Assembly (NCBI GenBank): GCA_022711755.1
Contig: JAKLEA010000010.1
Location: 128,899 to 192,898 of the forward strand
Direction: 5' to 3'
Source: Planctomycetota bacterium
GTDB lineage: Bacteria; Planctomycetota; Brocadiia; SM23-32; JAKLEA01
DNA length: 64,000 nucleotides
The notes under the pieces are model-generated. The model did not search any database and was not told the origin of the DNA. It worked only from the letters and a program-made list of their open reading frames with translations. Each line of letters begins with the position of its first letter. Within the stretch, counting starts at the first letter, position 1. A program made the translations under genes and the position numbers. Shown in pieces: positions 45,668 to 55,517 of this stretch.

Positions 45668-48094
45668 CTATTTCGCCTCCCGCAGAGTGATTATCGCCTC
45701 AGTCATCCTCATGCGAACGTCCGCAAGGCTTGCTGAACTGATGTTCTTTCTTGAAATCGTCTTCCTTATCGCAAGAAGTTTGTCGTGGTCTTGGCGCATC
45801 CCATTCTTCTCAGCGGACGCCAGGGCGCGCTCCAACTGCCACATGTATTCGTAGTCCTCGACGCCCTGACGCCATGCCTCCCAGCGGCGGCTGGGGATGA
45901 TCGCCTCCCGGCGCGTCGCCTCCGGCGTAGCGGACCCGGAGTCGTACACAATCGCGTAATCGTGATGCGTCCCGTCGAAATCGTCCCATGCGGAACTCGG
46001 TGTCCAGCCCGTGTCGGCATAGGCCCAGAAGCCGCAGCCGCGATACCCCTGATCGAACGCGCGCCAGAACATCAGCCTGTAATACTCCAGCGGAGAAAGA
46101 TCCTTCCCCGGACCGGAGCAGAGATACGTCCAGACGATCTTGCCCGTGTCGAAGATCAGTTTGCGGTCCGCGGGACGGTCGTCGAATCCGTTCAGGTGCG
46201 GGCACCATACATCAATGAATGGCGCAATGGCCTTGATCTCTTCAGTGGTCGCGCCGCCGGTCGGGTCGGCCCAGATTCGCAGCTTCGGGTCAATCTCCTT
46301 CATGAGCCGGCAGAGATCGCGGAAGCCCGCCTCGAGCGTCTCATCGCACGGATACATGAAGAAGCAGTCGTAACCATAGCCGAGGGATTTCATGTGCGCG
46401 ACCCAGGCATTGAGCCACTCGGCGAAATTCGCCTTCCACGCTTCGCTCATCCACGGCCCGCCGAATCTGTCGCCGCCCGGCTTTTCACCGTCCCATCCCC
46501 AGAACCACGAAATCTGATCGAACGGCTCGTGCTTCTTCAGCATCTCGTCGTGGAACGTGAAGTCCATGTCCACGCCCTTCCCTCCCTCGCGCAGCTTGAA
46601 GGATGGAACGCAGGCCGGATGCAGGACGTACACGCGCTGGTAATGCGCCTTGAGGTCCGCGATGGCGGCCTCCTGATTGTTCCTGCACGCGCCCCAGCAG
46701 TTGACATAGGCCCAACTGTAGGTGTTGACGGCGGGTTTTTCGGGGAATTGAACGGGGGCGATCTTCAGAGTCATCGTTTGCGTGACAGGCTGGGCTACGC
46801 ATTCGCCCGATATGACAAGACTCATGTCATATGTGCCCGGCTCCATCCCATGAGTCCTGAGGATCACGAACGCCTGCCTTGTGGTTCCGGGCGGGATCAG
46901 CAGGCCATTCTCATGCGGCAGCGGGAGCGCGTCGAGCGGGCGATGTCCCCCCGCCGTGTCGGACGGAACCGCAGTCCGCAACTCAGCTTGTGAAACCAGC
47001 TTTTCGTTTCCCTCCAGCTTCAGGAACAGCTTCATCTCCCCGCCCGAAGTGTTTGACAGGTTGACGGCGAGAGGCTCGTATTCGCCGATCCAAGCATAAC
47101 TCGAAACGGCCTTTCCCCGTAGTTCCATGTCGGGCGGCGCATATTCGGAGATGTTGACCATCGGGTCGCCCGCCCAGCAGACAAGGCCTTCATGATTGCA
47201 TTCCTTCGCCCACATTCCTGCGCGCGCCCTGCCGATGCGCGACGCAAGCCGCTCAACCGCTTCCGCCGATCCGACCGCCTCGTAGATTTCCTTCTCAATA
47301 GCGTCAAGCTCGGGTTTCAATTCGTCCACCTGCGAAGGCCTGCGGACGGCTGTATCGCCGCGCGCATATGCCCGCAACGCCTCAAGTTCGACAGTCAGTC
47401 GCCCCAGTTTGCGCGTTCCGGTCATGAACTGATCCGCCGATGCGAAGGTCTTCGCATCATCAAACTTCACGTTTGCGGGATCGTGATCGCCCTTCATGAC
47501 CTCGATTTCATCGGTAAAGATGAAGTCTCCGCGCGCCTGCATCCCGACCTGGACGTAGCGCCCCCGCGTCGCGAGCTTCGGCGTCCGGAACTTGTGGACG
47601 TACCAATGCCCGTCCTTGTTCTCGTACTGTTTCAGTCCCGGTTCCGAGACGGCGGCAACCTTGCGGTAGGCCTTCCCGTCGTCGCTGACTATGGCGACGA
47701 TCATGATCGGGAAAAAGACGCCGGCATGCCCGCCCCCGGCCATGTTGACGGCGACGGAGTCAATCGGCTCGACGCGCCCGAGATCAATCGAGACGGTCGC
47801 CTGCCGTCCCTGCCAGCCGACTGTGCCCGGCCAGACCCAGAAATAGGCGGATGTGAATTTCCCGTCGGTTAACTGATTCGGGTCGCCGGGATCGGTGCAG
47901 TAACGATAATTCGGGCGCGGGATGAAATCGCACTTCTTTCCAAGAGCGAGATTCACGCCCGGCTCCGGAGCGCCCTGCCGGGGAAGTTTCTCTTCCGCGC
48001 TCGCATCCGAATGGATGAAATCAGGACAGGCAATTCCGGTTACGCATAGAAACGCCAGAACTCCGACAAATCCGGCTTCAGCGGCTTTTCTCAT
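45668..48094 (-). CDS. secreted discoidin-domain + DUF4091-like putative glycoside hydrolase
   Basis: Signal peptide, an N-terminal F5/8-type-C-like segment, and C-terminal DUF4091-like motifs WTYLCSGPG and QGVEDYEYMW. It is a paralog of 21425..23959. Confidence 0.5.
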   Translation of the reverse strand: MRKAAEAGFVGVLAFLCVTGIACPDFIHSDASAEEKLPRQGAPEPGVNLALGKKCDFIPRPNYRYCTDPGDPNQLTDGKFTSAYFWVWPGTVGWQGRQATVSIDLGRVEPIDSVAVNMAGGGHAGVFFPIMIVAIVSDDGKAYRKVAAVSEPGLKQYENKDGHWYVHKFRTPKLATRGRYVQVGMQARGDFIFTDEIEVMKGDHDPANVKFDDAKTFASADQFMTGTRKLGRLTVELEALRAYARGDTAVRRPSQVDELKPELDAIEKEIYEAVGSAEAVERLASRIGRARAGMWAKECNHEGLVCWAGDPMVNISEYAPPDMELRGKAVSSYAWIGEYEPLAVNLSNTSGGEMKLFLKLEGNEKLVSQAELRTAVPSDTAGGHRPLDALPLPHENGLLIPPGTTRQAFVILRTHGMEPGTYDMSLVISGECVAQPVTQTMTLKIAPVQFPEKPAVNTYSWAYVNCWGACRNNQEAAIADLKAHYQRVYVLHPACVPSFKLREGGKGVDMDFTFHDEMLKKHEPFDQISWFWGWDGEKPGGDRFGGPWMSEAWKANFAEWLNAWVAHMKSLGYGYDCFFMYPCDETLEAGFRDLCRLMKEIDPKLRIWADPTGGATTEEIKAIAPFIDVWCPHLNGFDDRPADRKLIFDTGKIVWTYLCSGPGKDLSPLEYYRLMFWRAFDQGYRGCGFWAYADTGWTPSSAWDDFDGTHHDYAIVYDSGSATPEATRREAIIPSRRWEAWRQGVEDYEYMWQLERALASAEKNGMRQDHDKLLAIRKTISRKNISSASLADVRMRMTEAIITLREAK

Positions 48095-48387
48095 TTCGCC
48101 TTTCTCCCGATCCTGTCGCTATTGTTGATGAAGGCCGGCGGGCGCGACCAATCCTTAATTTACACAGCGAAATGATAACCGCTACCGCCTTCCGACTTCC
48201 AGAGAGCGCGGCAAGATGGCGAATCGGCGCCCCGGGGCAAACACAATCTTATTATACTGATGCCAGCGCAAGAATGACGCAGTCCTGGCACGTTACGCGC
48301 CCGAAAGAATGATTTGCGTTTGTTCAGTATAGCCTTATGGCGCGAACATCAGTAATCGCCCCGCGCGCCTGCGGCGACCTGCCCGAC

Positions 48388-49437
48388 CTACTCTTCCGGC
48401 TTGATCTCCTCGACGGGTTCTTCAGCCTTTTCGTCCTTCTTGTCCTTTTCGTTTTCAGCAGCCTTCTCCCCGTCCGGCTTCTCATCCTTCTTATCTTCTG
48501 CCTTGGCGGGCGGCTTCCCCTTGTCCCCGCCCTTGTCCGCCCCGGCCTCGCCTGAGCCGGTCCATTCCATCCGCTTGATCTTCGGCTCCGGCTCGGCCTT
48601 CTTGTCACCCCCCTTTTCAGACGGCTTCAGCGCCTCGCCCGGCTTCTCCCCCCCCTCTTTCTTCGCGGGTTCCTTCGCCGGTTCGGTCTTCTGCCCCGGT
48701 CCATGCTTCGGCTGGCGTCCCGCAAGTATCCGTTTCACATCGGACGGATCGTATCCCTGCTTTCTTAAATTCCAATATCGCGTGAAGCGCATCGGCTCCC
48801 CGCCGGTGGCGCGGTAGGACTCCATTATCTCCTTTGACTCGAATCCCTCCTTGCGAAGGTTCCAGTAATCCACAACCTTCTCGGAGTTCAAGCCGGCCAT
48901 CTGGAACGAGAACATTATCTCGCGATGATCGTATTCTTTGTGCAGCTCCAGGTATTTCTCGATCCTGTCCGGCTTCTCCCCCCAGAGCGCGAAAACCTCG
49001 TCCAGCTTCCGGTCCAGTTCCCCGAGCTTCCTGAGGTCGGGCTTCTCCTCCTTCAGAACTTCCTCGGCCTCGGCCATGACGGCGTCAACGTACATGGCGA
49101 CGGCTTCCTTTTCCCGCGCCGCGCGCCACGCCGGAATGATGAACTCCACGATCTGCGGCCGCTTCTGGCGGTCCAGGTCCTGCCGGTAGTCAATGAAAAG
49201 ATTTATCAGGTCGCGGTTGCCCTTGGACAGTTCCTTGACGGCGTCGTATTCCCGAACCGGCCACTGGTTCATCGCAAAAAGATTGCGGTACTCCTCGTCC
49301 TCGGAGTTTGTGATCCGGGTCTGGAGTTCGTTCTTGTATTTCTCGATGATCGCCCGCCTGTCCCCGGCAGAAGCCGTTTCGGAAGCGATAAGAATCATCG
49401 CCGCGCACAAGGCGCATATCGCCGCAATAGGTTTCAT
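48388..49437 (-). CDS. secreted hypothetical protein with a Lys/Glu-rich low-complexity C-terminal tail
   Basis: Signal peptide MKPIAAICALCAAMILIASETASA. The C-terminal ~130 aa are dominated by K, E, P, G and A (KKEGGEKPGEALKPSEKGGDKK...). Confidence 0.55.
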   Translation of the reverse strand: MKPIAAICALCAAMILIASETASAGDRRAIIEKYKNELQTRITNSEDEEYRNLFAMNQWPVREYDAVKELSKGNRDLINLFIDYRQDLDRQKRPQIVEFIIPAWRAAREKEAVAMYVDAVMAEAEEVLKEEKPDLRKLGELDRKLDEVFALWGEKPDRIEKYLELHKEYDHREIMFSFQMAGLNSEKVVDYWNLRKEGFESKEIMESYRATGGEPMRFTRYWNLRKQGYDPSDVKRILAGRQPKHGPGQKTEPAKEPAKKEGGEKPGEALKPSEKGGDKKAEPEPKIKRMEWTGSGEAGADKGGDKGKPPAKAEDKKDEKPDGEKAAENEKDKKDEKAEEPVEEIKPEE

Positions 49438-49552
49438 GTGAATGTCCTCCGCCGCGCCCGACAGCACGGGGTGTTTTTTACTGATGTCATTATAGAACAA
49501 CGCATGGCAGAACCGCAATGCCGGCTCAGATTGCGGCATCATCCCGCGCGGC

Positions 49553-50191
49553 TCACTCCGCCGGGCCTGAAACCAGCCTCTCCTCCCGCGGCGCGCCCCC
49601 TTCCGGCAACTCCCCCGACACAAGTTCCGCCCCCATTCGCCGCGCCGCCTCCATCGCCGCCCCGTGCTTCAGAATGTCGCCCTTCGCGTCAACCCTGTTG
49701 ACGTATAGGCTGAGGGCGTGGCGCATCTCCAGCGCGTCGAAGAAATACTTCATCGTCAGCGTCACGGAATCGAACATGAGCCTGCTTTTCGAACCGCCAA
49801 CCGCGATGACCATGCCCCGGCGATCCCGCGCCCCGTCAGGAAAGAGCGGCTGTTTGAGCACGTATCTGCGCGCCCACAGACACTGACAACGGTCAATCAT
49901 CAGCTTGCCCTGCGCGCAGACGCCCATGAAGAATACGGGCGTGGCGAAAATAAGTCTGTCGCTCTCGATCAGTTTGCCGAAGATTTCCTGATAGTCGTCG
50001 TCCAGCCTGCACTTGCCCAGCCCGTAGCAGGCGTTGCATTCCAGGCACGGGCCGATGCTCATGCCCGGCAGCCAGATATATTCCGTCTCCGCCCCGGCGC
50101 TCGCGGCCCCTTCCAGCGCCAGCTTCAGCAGCGTGTCGCTGTTGCCGTCCCTGCGCGGGCCTGACGAAATGCCCAGGACTTTCTTGTTCAT
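49553..50191 (-). CDS. NADPH-dependent FMN reductase-like flavoprotein (iron-sulfur flavoprotein family)
   Basis: KVLGISSGPRRDGNS flavodoxin-like N-terminus, and a CxxCxxC-like cluster (CLECNACYGLGKC). Confidence 0.7.
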   Translation of the reverse strand: MNKKVLGISSGPRRDGNSDTLLKLALEGAASAGAETEYIWLPGMSIGPCLECNACYGLGKCRLDDDYQEIFGKLIESDRLIFATPVFFMGVCAQGKLMIDRCQCLWARRYVLKQPLFPDGARDRRGMVIAVGGSKSRLMFDSVTLTMKYFFDALEMRHALSLYVNRVDAKGDILKHGAAMEAARRMGAELVSGELPEGGAPREERLVSGPAE

Positions 50192-50277
50192 GGCAAACCT
50201 TCCAAATCCCTCGCGCGTCCACCTAATGTCACGCCTTCATTATTACCCTTTCCCCATCGTCCAGTCCAGCGCTCCGC

Positions 50278-52653
50278 ATGAACATCCGCCGCATGGCCAT
50301 TGCCGTATGCCGCGACGCGGGCTATGCTGTAAGTTCAAAGGAAACCCGATCCGTGACCCCAACAGGCAATAACCAATCGCGCCGGGAACTTATGGCCTCC
50401 GTCCGCGACCACTGCGCGGGCCGGCGGACGGGCTGGCTGCAAATCCTGCGCGAAATCGGCGAATACTACGCCGAGGGATTCTACCGCGCCGAATTCGCCG
50501 GCAAGCCCCTCCCGATGCGTTTCGCCGAGGCCATATCCAATACCTACCGCAACATGCCTGTCGAGGTTCCGGAGAAAGGACTCCTTATCCCGCGCCAACC
50601 ATTCGGCAACCCGGACGGCGAACCCTGGCGCGGGGGGGGCATGATTCTCCACTGGCAGCACTCCGCCGGCCCCGTCCTAGCCCCCCGCGAGGTTGTCGCC
50701 GCGCGGAAAACGCTCTTCCCGGAATATGCCGAGTTCATTGACATGTGGCTTGAGGAATGGTCCCGGCGCCGCTACGCATTCGGCGGCTACACGCACAGCA
50801 ATCCGGATTATCCGACCGTTCTCGCAAAGGGCCTCCTCGGAATGAGGGCCGAACTCCTCGAACGCAGCGCCGCAGCGCGCCGCGACGAGCCGGACAATCG
50901 CCCAAAGCTGGACCTCTATGACGCCCTCATCGTCTACGTCGAGGGCGTCGAGGCATGGCATCGGCGTCAGGTCGCCGCCGTTGAGAGAGCCGCCTCTTCC
51001 TGCGCAAATCCCGCCCGAAAGTCTGAGTTGGAACGGTTGATCCCGGAACTGCGACGCTCCCTGCTCCATCCCGCAGAATCCTTTTATCAGGCCGTCCTGA
51101 CCGCGCACTGGGTCTGGCTCCTCGATCCGGCGGATAACTACGGCCATCTCGATCAGTATCTCGAATCCTTCTGGCGCGCGGACATGGAATCCGGCAGAAC
51201 CGACCGGCGCATGACCGAGGGGCTGCTGGACGAGGTTTTCGACAACATGAACCGCGTCGGCGGGTGGAACGTCGCCATCGGCGGGACGCGTCCGGACGGC
51301 TCCGTCGCCGACAATCCGCTGACGATTGAGTGCATCCGTTCCGTCTGCCGCGTGAGGCAGTTGCGCCCCAATCTCGCGCTGCGGGTAAGTTCAAAAACCG
51401 ACGACAGCCTGCTCGTCGAAGCGTTGAAATGCGTCCGCCTCGGGACCGGCAGACCGGCGCTCTACAACGACGATCTCTACATCAAATCGTTGATGGACTC
51501 CGGCCTCGGCCTGGCCATCGAAGACGCGCGGGATTACGCCTTCGGCGGCTGCACGGAGACCATGATCCCCGGCAGGAGCAACTGCGGCTCGCTGGACGGG
51601 GAGCTGAACCTTGCCCAGTGCCTCGAAAGGGCGCTCTGGAACGGACGGGGGCTTGCCGACGGCAGCGGCGGCGTCAACTGCTGGAGGCAGGCCGGCGGCG
51701 GGCCGACAACTGGCTTTCTCTACGACCATGCAAGCTTCGACGACCTGCTTGCCGCCTTCCGCCGCCAGGTGGATTTCGCCACCGATCAGGTTGTCGCATG
51801 GCTCTGGAACGAACACTCCCAGCGTCCTCACAGCGGCGATCCGAAGCTTGCGCGCACCTTCTTCACAAGCGACTGTGTCCGCAGCGGGCTGGGCTTCGAG
51901 GCCGGCGGCGCGCGCTACAACTGGAGCGTCATCACCTATCACGGCATCGCCAATGCCGCTGACAGCCTGATCGCCGTCAGGGAACTCGTCTATGAGAAGA
52001 AGGAGATTTCCGCGCGGCAATTGTTGGACGCGCTGAAGGCCGATTTCGAGGGGCATGAAGACCTGCGGTGGCGCATTCAGAAAGTCCGGCGCTTCGGCAA
52101 CGACGACCCCGTCGCCGACGACGTGGCGCGGGACGTTGCGGAATACGCCTGGAAGCGATTGCGCGAGCATGTTCCCTTCCGCGGCGGGCGCTATCTGCCC
52201 AGCGTCATCCTCTTCGCCACCTACGACGCCGCCGGGCGCAACGTCGGCGCGCTGCCGGACGGGCGCAAAAGCGCCGCGCCGCTGGTGGACTCCGTCGGCC
52301 CATTCGCAGGGCGGGACGTCAACGGCCCCACCGCCATGCTCAACTCCGTCGCCCGGCTTCCGCTCCATCTCGCCGTGGGGACGCCGATACTCAATATGCG
52401 CCTTGCCCCGAAAATCATGGAATCGGATGACGACCTTCGCAAGATCGCCGCCATGATCCGCGCTTTCTTCATCCAGGGCGGAATGCAGATTCAGTTCACC
52501 GTCGTTGACCCCGGCATGCTCCGCCGTGCGCAGGCGAAGCCCGAGGAATTCCGCGACCTCGTCATCCGCATCGGCGGCTACAGCGAATATTTCGTCCGCC
52601 TGAGCCGGGAGCTTCAGGACTCCGTCATCGCCCGCACGGAACACGGCTCCTGA
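50278..52653 (+). CDS. glycyl radical enzyme, PFL2/glycerol-dehydratase-like family. The start is uncertain, and the Met at 50392 is possible.
   Basis: C-terminal glycyl radical motif RIGGYSEYFVRLSRELQDSVIARTEHGS, and a mid-protein Cys loop FGGCTETMIPG. The length of about 790 aa fits the family. Confidence 0.75.
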   Translation: MNIRRMAIAVCRDAGYAVSSKETRSVTPTGNNQSRRELMASVRDHCAGRRTGWLQILREIGEYYAEGFYRAEFAGKPLPMRFAEAISNTYRNMPVEVPEKGLLIPRQPFGNPDGEPWRGGGMILHWQHSAGPVLAPREVVAARKTLFPEYAEFIDMWLEEWSRRRYAFGGYTHSNPDYPTVLAKGLLGMRAELLERSAAARRDEPDNRPKLDLYDALIVYVEGVEAWHRRQVAAVERAASSCANPARKSELERLIPELRRSLLHPAESFYQAVLTAHWVWLLDPADNYGHLDQYLESFWRADMESGRTDRRMTEGLLDEVFDNMNRVGGWNVAIGGTRPDGSVADNPLTIECIRSVCRVRQLRPNLALRVSSKTDDSLLVEALKCVRLGTGRPALYNDDLYIKSLMDSGLGLAIEDARDYAFGGCTETMIPGRSNCGSLDGELNLAQCLERALWNGRGLADGSGGVNCWRQAGGGPTTGFLYDHASFDDLLAAFRRQVDFATDQVVAWLWNEHSQRPHSGDPKLARTFFTSDCVRSGLGFEAGGARYNWSVITYHGIANAADSLIAVRELVYEKKEISARQLLDALKADFEGHEDLRWRIQKVRRFGNDDPVADDVARDVAEYAWKRLREHVPFRGGRYLPSVILFATYDAAGRNVGALPDGRKSAAPLVDSVGPFAGRDVNGPTAMLNSVARLPLHLAVGTPILNMRLAPKIMESDDDLRKIAAMIRAFFIQGGMQIQFTVVDPGMLRRAQAKPEEFRDLVIRIGGYSEYFVRLSRELQDSVIARTEHGS

Positions 52654-52761
52654 GATCGGCGCATCTCATCGCCGCGCGAGAGATCCGAACTTCATCCTGC
52701 ATGATTCCCCTCGACGCGATATAATGCCCCCCTGCCGACAACCCTGCTGGAGGAAACGCCG

Positions 52762-54135
52762 ATGCCGCTGAAATTCGATGTCGTCGCGGAGGAAATCATC
52801 GGGACGTTCGAGAACCCGGACAACGGCTCCGGGCCGATGTGGTGCTACGGCTCTCCCACCATCGTCCGGAACAACGACCGCGTCTTCGCCGCGATTCCGG
52901 AAACGGACAAGGACGCGAAGCCCCTTTGCAACACGCGACGCCGCATCTTTTGCCGGGGCGCGGACGGCAAGTGGGAGCTTGTCTACCGCGCGGATAAGAC
53001 GGACGAGCGCGAGCCGTGCCCTCTCGTGACGCTGCCCGGCGGACGCCTCATCATGTCCGTCAACCCCGCCGTAAGCCCCCGCCCGGCATGGGGGGACGGC
53101 AGAATCCCCCACAACTGCCGGCCGCACCTGCTCGAGTTCAGCGTCCTGGACCCGAAGCAGCCCCCGTCGCAATCCATGCCCGTCTGGGCGAAGGAATACG
53201 AGTTCACGGAGCATTCCTACCGCGGCGTCGCCGCCGATCATCACACCGGCGAAATCCTCCTCCTGAACGTCATCGGCTATGACGGGCAGACCTGGACGAT
53301 GCGCGACTCGGCGGGCCAGTGGGTCAAGCAGGGCTACGTCGGCTTCCCGCTGCGCGGCGCGTATCCGCACCTGGCCCTGCGCAAGGGCGCGGCCTTCATG
53401 ATGGCCGTCAGCGACGTCGTCGAGCCTAACGTCGAGTGGCGCGCGCACAAGCGCAAGGTCACGGGCCAGGAGTGGGATTACGACTTCCGACAGCTCTACT
53501 TCACCTGGACCCCGGACATCCGCGAGCATGAGTTCTCCCCCCCCCTGACCGTCGCCAGCCGGGACGAGACCTGCGGATCAATCCGCAACATGGACATGTG
53601 GATCGCCCCCGACGGCGCGGCGCACCTGGTCTACATTGACCGCAACGTCTGGCACAAGTTCATCCGCGACGAGTTCTTCCCCGGCGTGCCGATCTCCGCC
53701 GAGTTGAAATACTGCGTGATCGAAAAGGGCAAGGTCATACTCCGCCGCACCATTGCGCGAAGCATCGAGGGCATGTTCGACGAAGGCAAGCCCCGCCCGA
53801 CGCCGACGGACATCCCGGACTCGAAGGTCCCCCTGCTTGGCTTCGGCCCCGGTTATGCCGCCCTGCATGCCACCGCCGACGACCGGCTCATCCTCCTCTG
53901 CCACGCCGGATGTAGCGACCCGAAGCAACCCGGCGCCGGCGGCGTCTACGCGATGCAACTGCATCCCGCCGCTGAAGACGCGCCGGTCAAGCTCGACATG
54001 AAGTTCCCTCTCGGCTCCTTCTTCACGGCGACCGTCCGGAACGGTACGATGCCCTCGGACACGATTGACCTCTACGGCCACGGCCCGGAACCGAACACGA
54101 TCCGCTACGCGCAGATCAAGGTGACGCAGCAATAG
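52762..54135 (+). CDS. hypothetical protein (457 aa), no recognisable family
   Basis: A long ORF preceded by GGAGGAAACGCCGATG. No signal peptide or known motif recognised. Confidence 0.5.
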   Translation: MPLKFDVVAEEIIGTFENPDNGSGPMWCYGSPTIVRNNDRVFAAIPETDKDAKPLCNTRRRIFCRGADGKWELVYRADKTDEREPCPLVTLPGGRLIMSVNPAVSPRPAWGDGRIPHNCRPHLLEFSVLDPKQPPSQSMPVWAKEYEFTEHSYRGVAADHHTGEILLLNVIGYDGQTWTMRDSAGQWVKQGYVGFPLRGAYPHLALRKGAAFMMAVSDVVEPNVEWRAHKRKVTGQEWDYDFRQLYFTWTPDIREHEFSPPLTVASRDETCGSIRNMDMWIAPDGAAHLVYIDRNVWHKFIRDEFFPGVPISAELKYCVIEKGKVILRRTIARSIEGMFDEGKPRPTPTDIPDSKVPLLGFGPGYAALHATADDRLILLCHAGCSDPKQPGAGGVYAMQLHPAAEDAPVKLDMKFPLGSFFTATVRNGTMPSDTIDLYGHGPEPNTIRYAQIKVTQQ

Positions 54136-54143
54136 GCCAAAAC

Positions 54144-54195
54144 GGGGACGCTACCCTATTTTGCGGAGAAAATAGGGTAGCGTCCCCATTTTGGG
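54144..54195. terminator. perfect 19-bp stem hairpin with flanking A/T runs (bidirectional terminator)
   Basis: ggggacgctaccctatttt-gcggag-aaaatagggtagcgtcccc followed by attttggg. It starts 9 nt after the 54135 stop. Confidence 0.6.
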
Positions 54196-54209
54196 AAAGG
54201 ACACCCGCC

Positions 54210-55469
54210 ATGCCACCCATGAAGAACCCCGGTAAACTCGCAAAGGACGGCGGAAAACCCGTCAGGACCGCCCCCTGGCCCGCAAGGATTCAGATCGGCA
54301 ACCCCGAAATCAAGGCCGTGACGGCGATGCTTGAGCGCTGCCGCGACCACGGCGGCGCGTTCGACCGCTATGGCGGCGTCGAGGTTGACGCCTACGAGAA
54401 GGAATTTGCCAAAGCCTACGGATGCAGGTTCGCAACCTCGGCAAGCTCAGGCACCGCGGCCATACACGCCGCCCTCGGCGCGCTCCAGCTCGACGCCGGT
54501 TCCGAGGTCATCACAAACTCGATCACGGACACGGGAGCCGTCGCCCCCATCATCTGGAACAACTGCATCCCCGTCTTCGCCGACCACGACCCGGAGACCT
54601 TCCAGATATCGCCCGCCTCGGTGGAGTCCCTCATCACGGACAAGACCCGCGCGATCATCTGCGCCCACATCGCCGGTTGCCCGTGCGATCTTGACGCAAT
54701 CTGCCGTATCGGGAAAAAGGCCGGAATCCCGGTCATCGAGGACTGCGCCCAGGCGCACGGCGCGCGCTGGGCCGGCAGGCCCGTCGGCTCGATCGGCGTC
54801 ATGGGCGCCTTCAGCCTCATGAGCGGCAAGCACACCACCGCCGGCGGGCAGGGCGGCATGGTGACGACCAACGACGAGGCGCTCTACTGGAACGCCAAGC
54901 GCTTCGCCGACCGCGGCAAGCCCTTCAACAGCGACGCCGGCTCCAACCTCTTCCTCGGCCTGAACTACCGCATGACGGAGCTTGAGGCAGCGATAGGGCG
55001 CGTCCAGCTCGCCCGGACGCAGAAAATCGCGGACGCCCGCCGCAAGGTCGTCGCCGGGATCGAGGAGCGCATCGCGGACCTGAAGGCCGTCAGCGTCGTG
55101 AAACGCTACAGGAAGGCCGAGCCGTCCTACTGGTTCCTCCTGATCGCGGTTGACGAAAGCAGGCTCAAAGTGACAAAGGCCGACTTCGCCGCCGCGATGA
55201 GGGCGGAGGGCATACCGTGCGGGGCGGACTACAACGCCGTCGTCTACAAGCAGCGCTGGATCACGGAGCGCCGCGTCTACGGCAACACGGGCTGCCCGTG
55301 GGACTGCCCGCTCTACGGACGGAGGATTTCATACGAGAACATAAACCCCGGCGTGGACGAGGCGGTGAAGCGCCACATGATGATAAGCGTCCACGAGTGC
55401 ATGAAATCGCGCGAGTCGCGCGACATCGCCGCCGCGCTCAGAAAGGTCGAGGCCGCGTATCTGCGTTAA
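54210..55469 (+). CDS. DegT/DnrJ/EryC1/StrS family PLP-dependent sugar aminotransferase
   Basis: DegT-type motifs (FEKEFAKAYG..ATSASSGTAA, IIEDCAQAHGA, SGKHTTAGGQGGMV with the catalytic K). Confidence 0.85.
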   Translation: MPPMKNPGKLAKDGGKPVRTAPWPARIQIGNPEIKAVTAMLERCRDHGGAFDRYGGVEVDAYEKEFAKAYGCRFATSASSGTAAIHAALGALQLDAGSEVITNSITDTGAVAPIIWNNCIPVFADHDPETFQISPASVESLITDKTRAIICAHIAGCPCDLDAICRIGKKAGIPVIEDCAQAHGARWAGRPVGSIGVMGAFSLMSGKHTTAGGQGGMVTTNDEALYWNAKRFADRGKPFNSDAGSNLFLGLNYRMTELEAAIGRVQLARTQKIADARRKVVAGIEERIADLKAVSVVKRYRKAEPSYWFLLIAVDESRLKVTKADFAAAMRAEGIPCGADYNAVVYKQRWITERRVYGNTGCPWDCPLYGRRISYENINPGVDEAVKRHMMISVHECMKSRESRDIAAALRKVEAAYLR

Positions 55470-55517
55470 TCCCCCCCCCCACGCAGACATCGCCTCGGCG
55501 CGGGGATGGGAGGCGGA

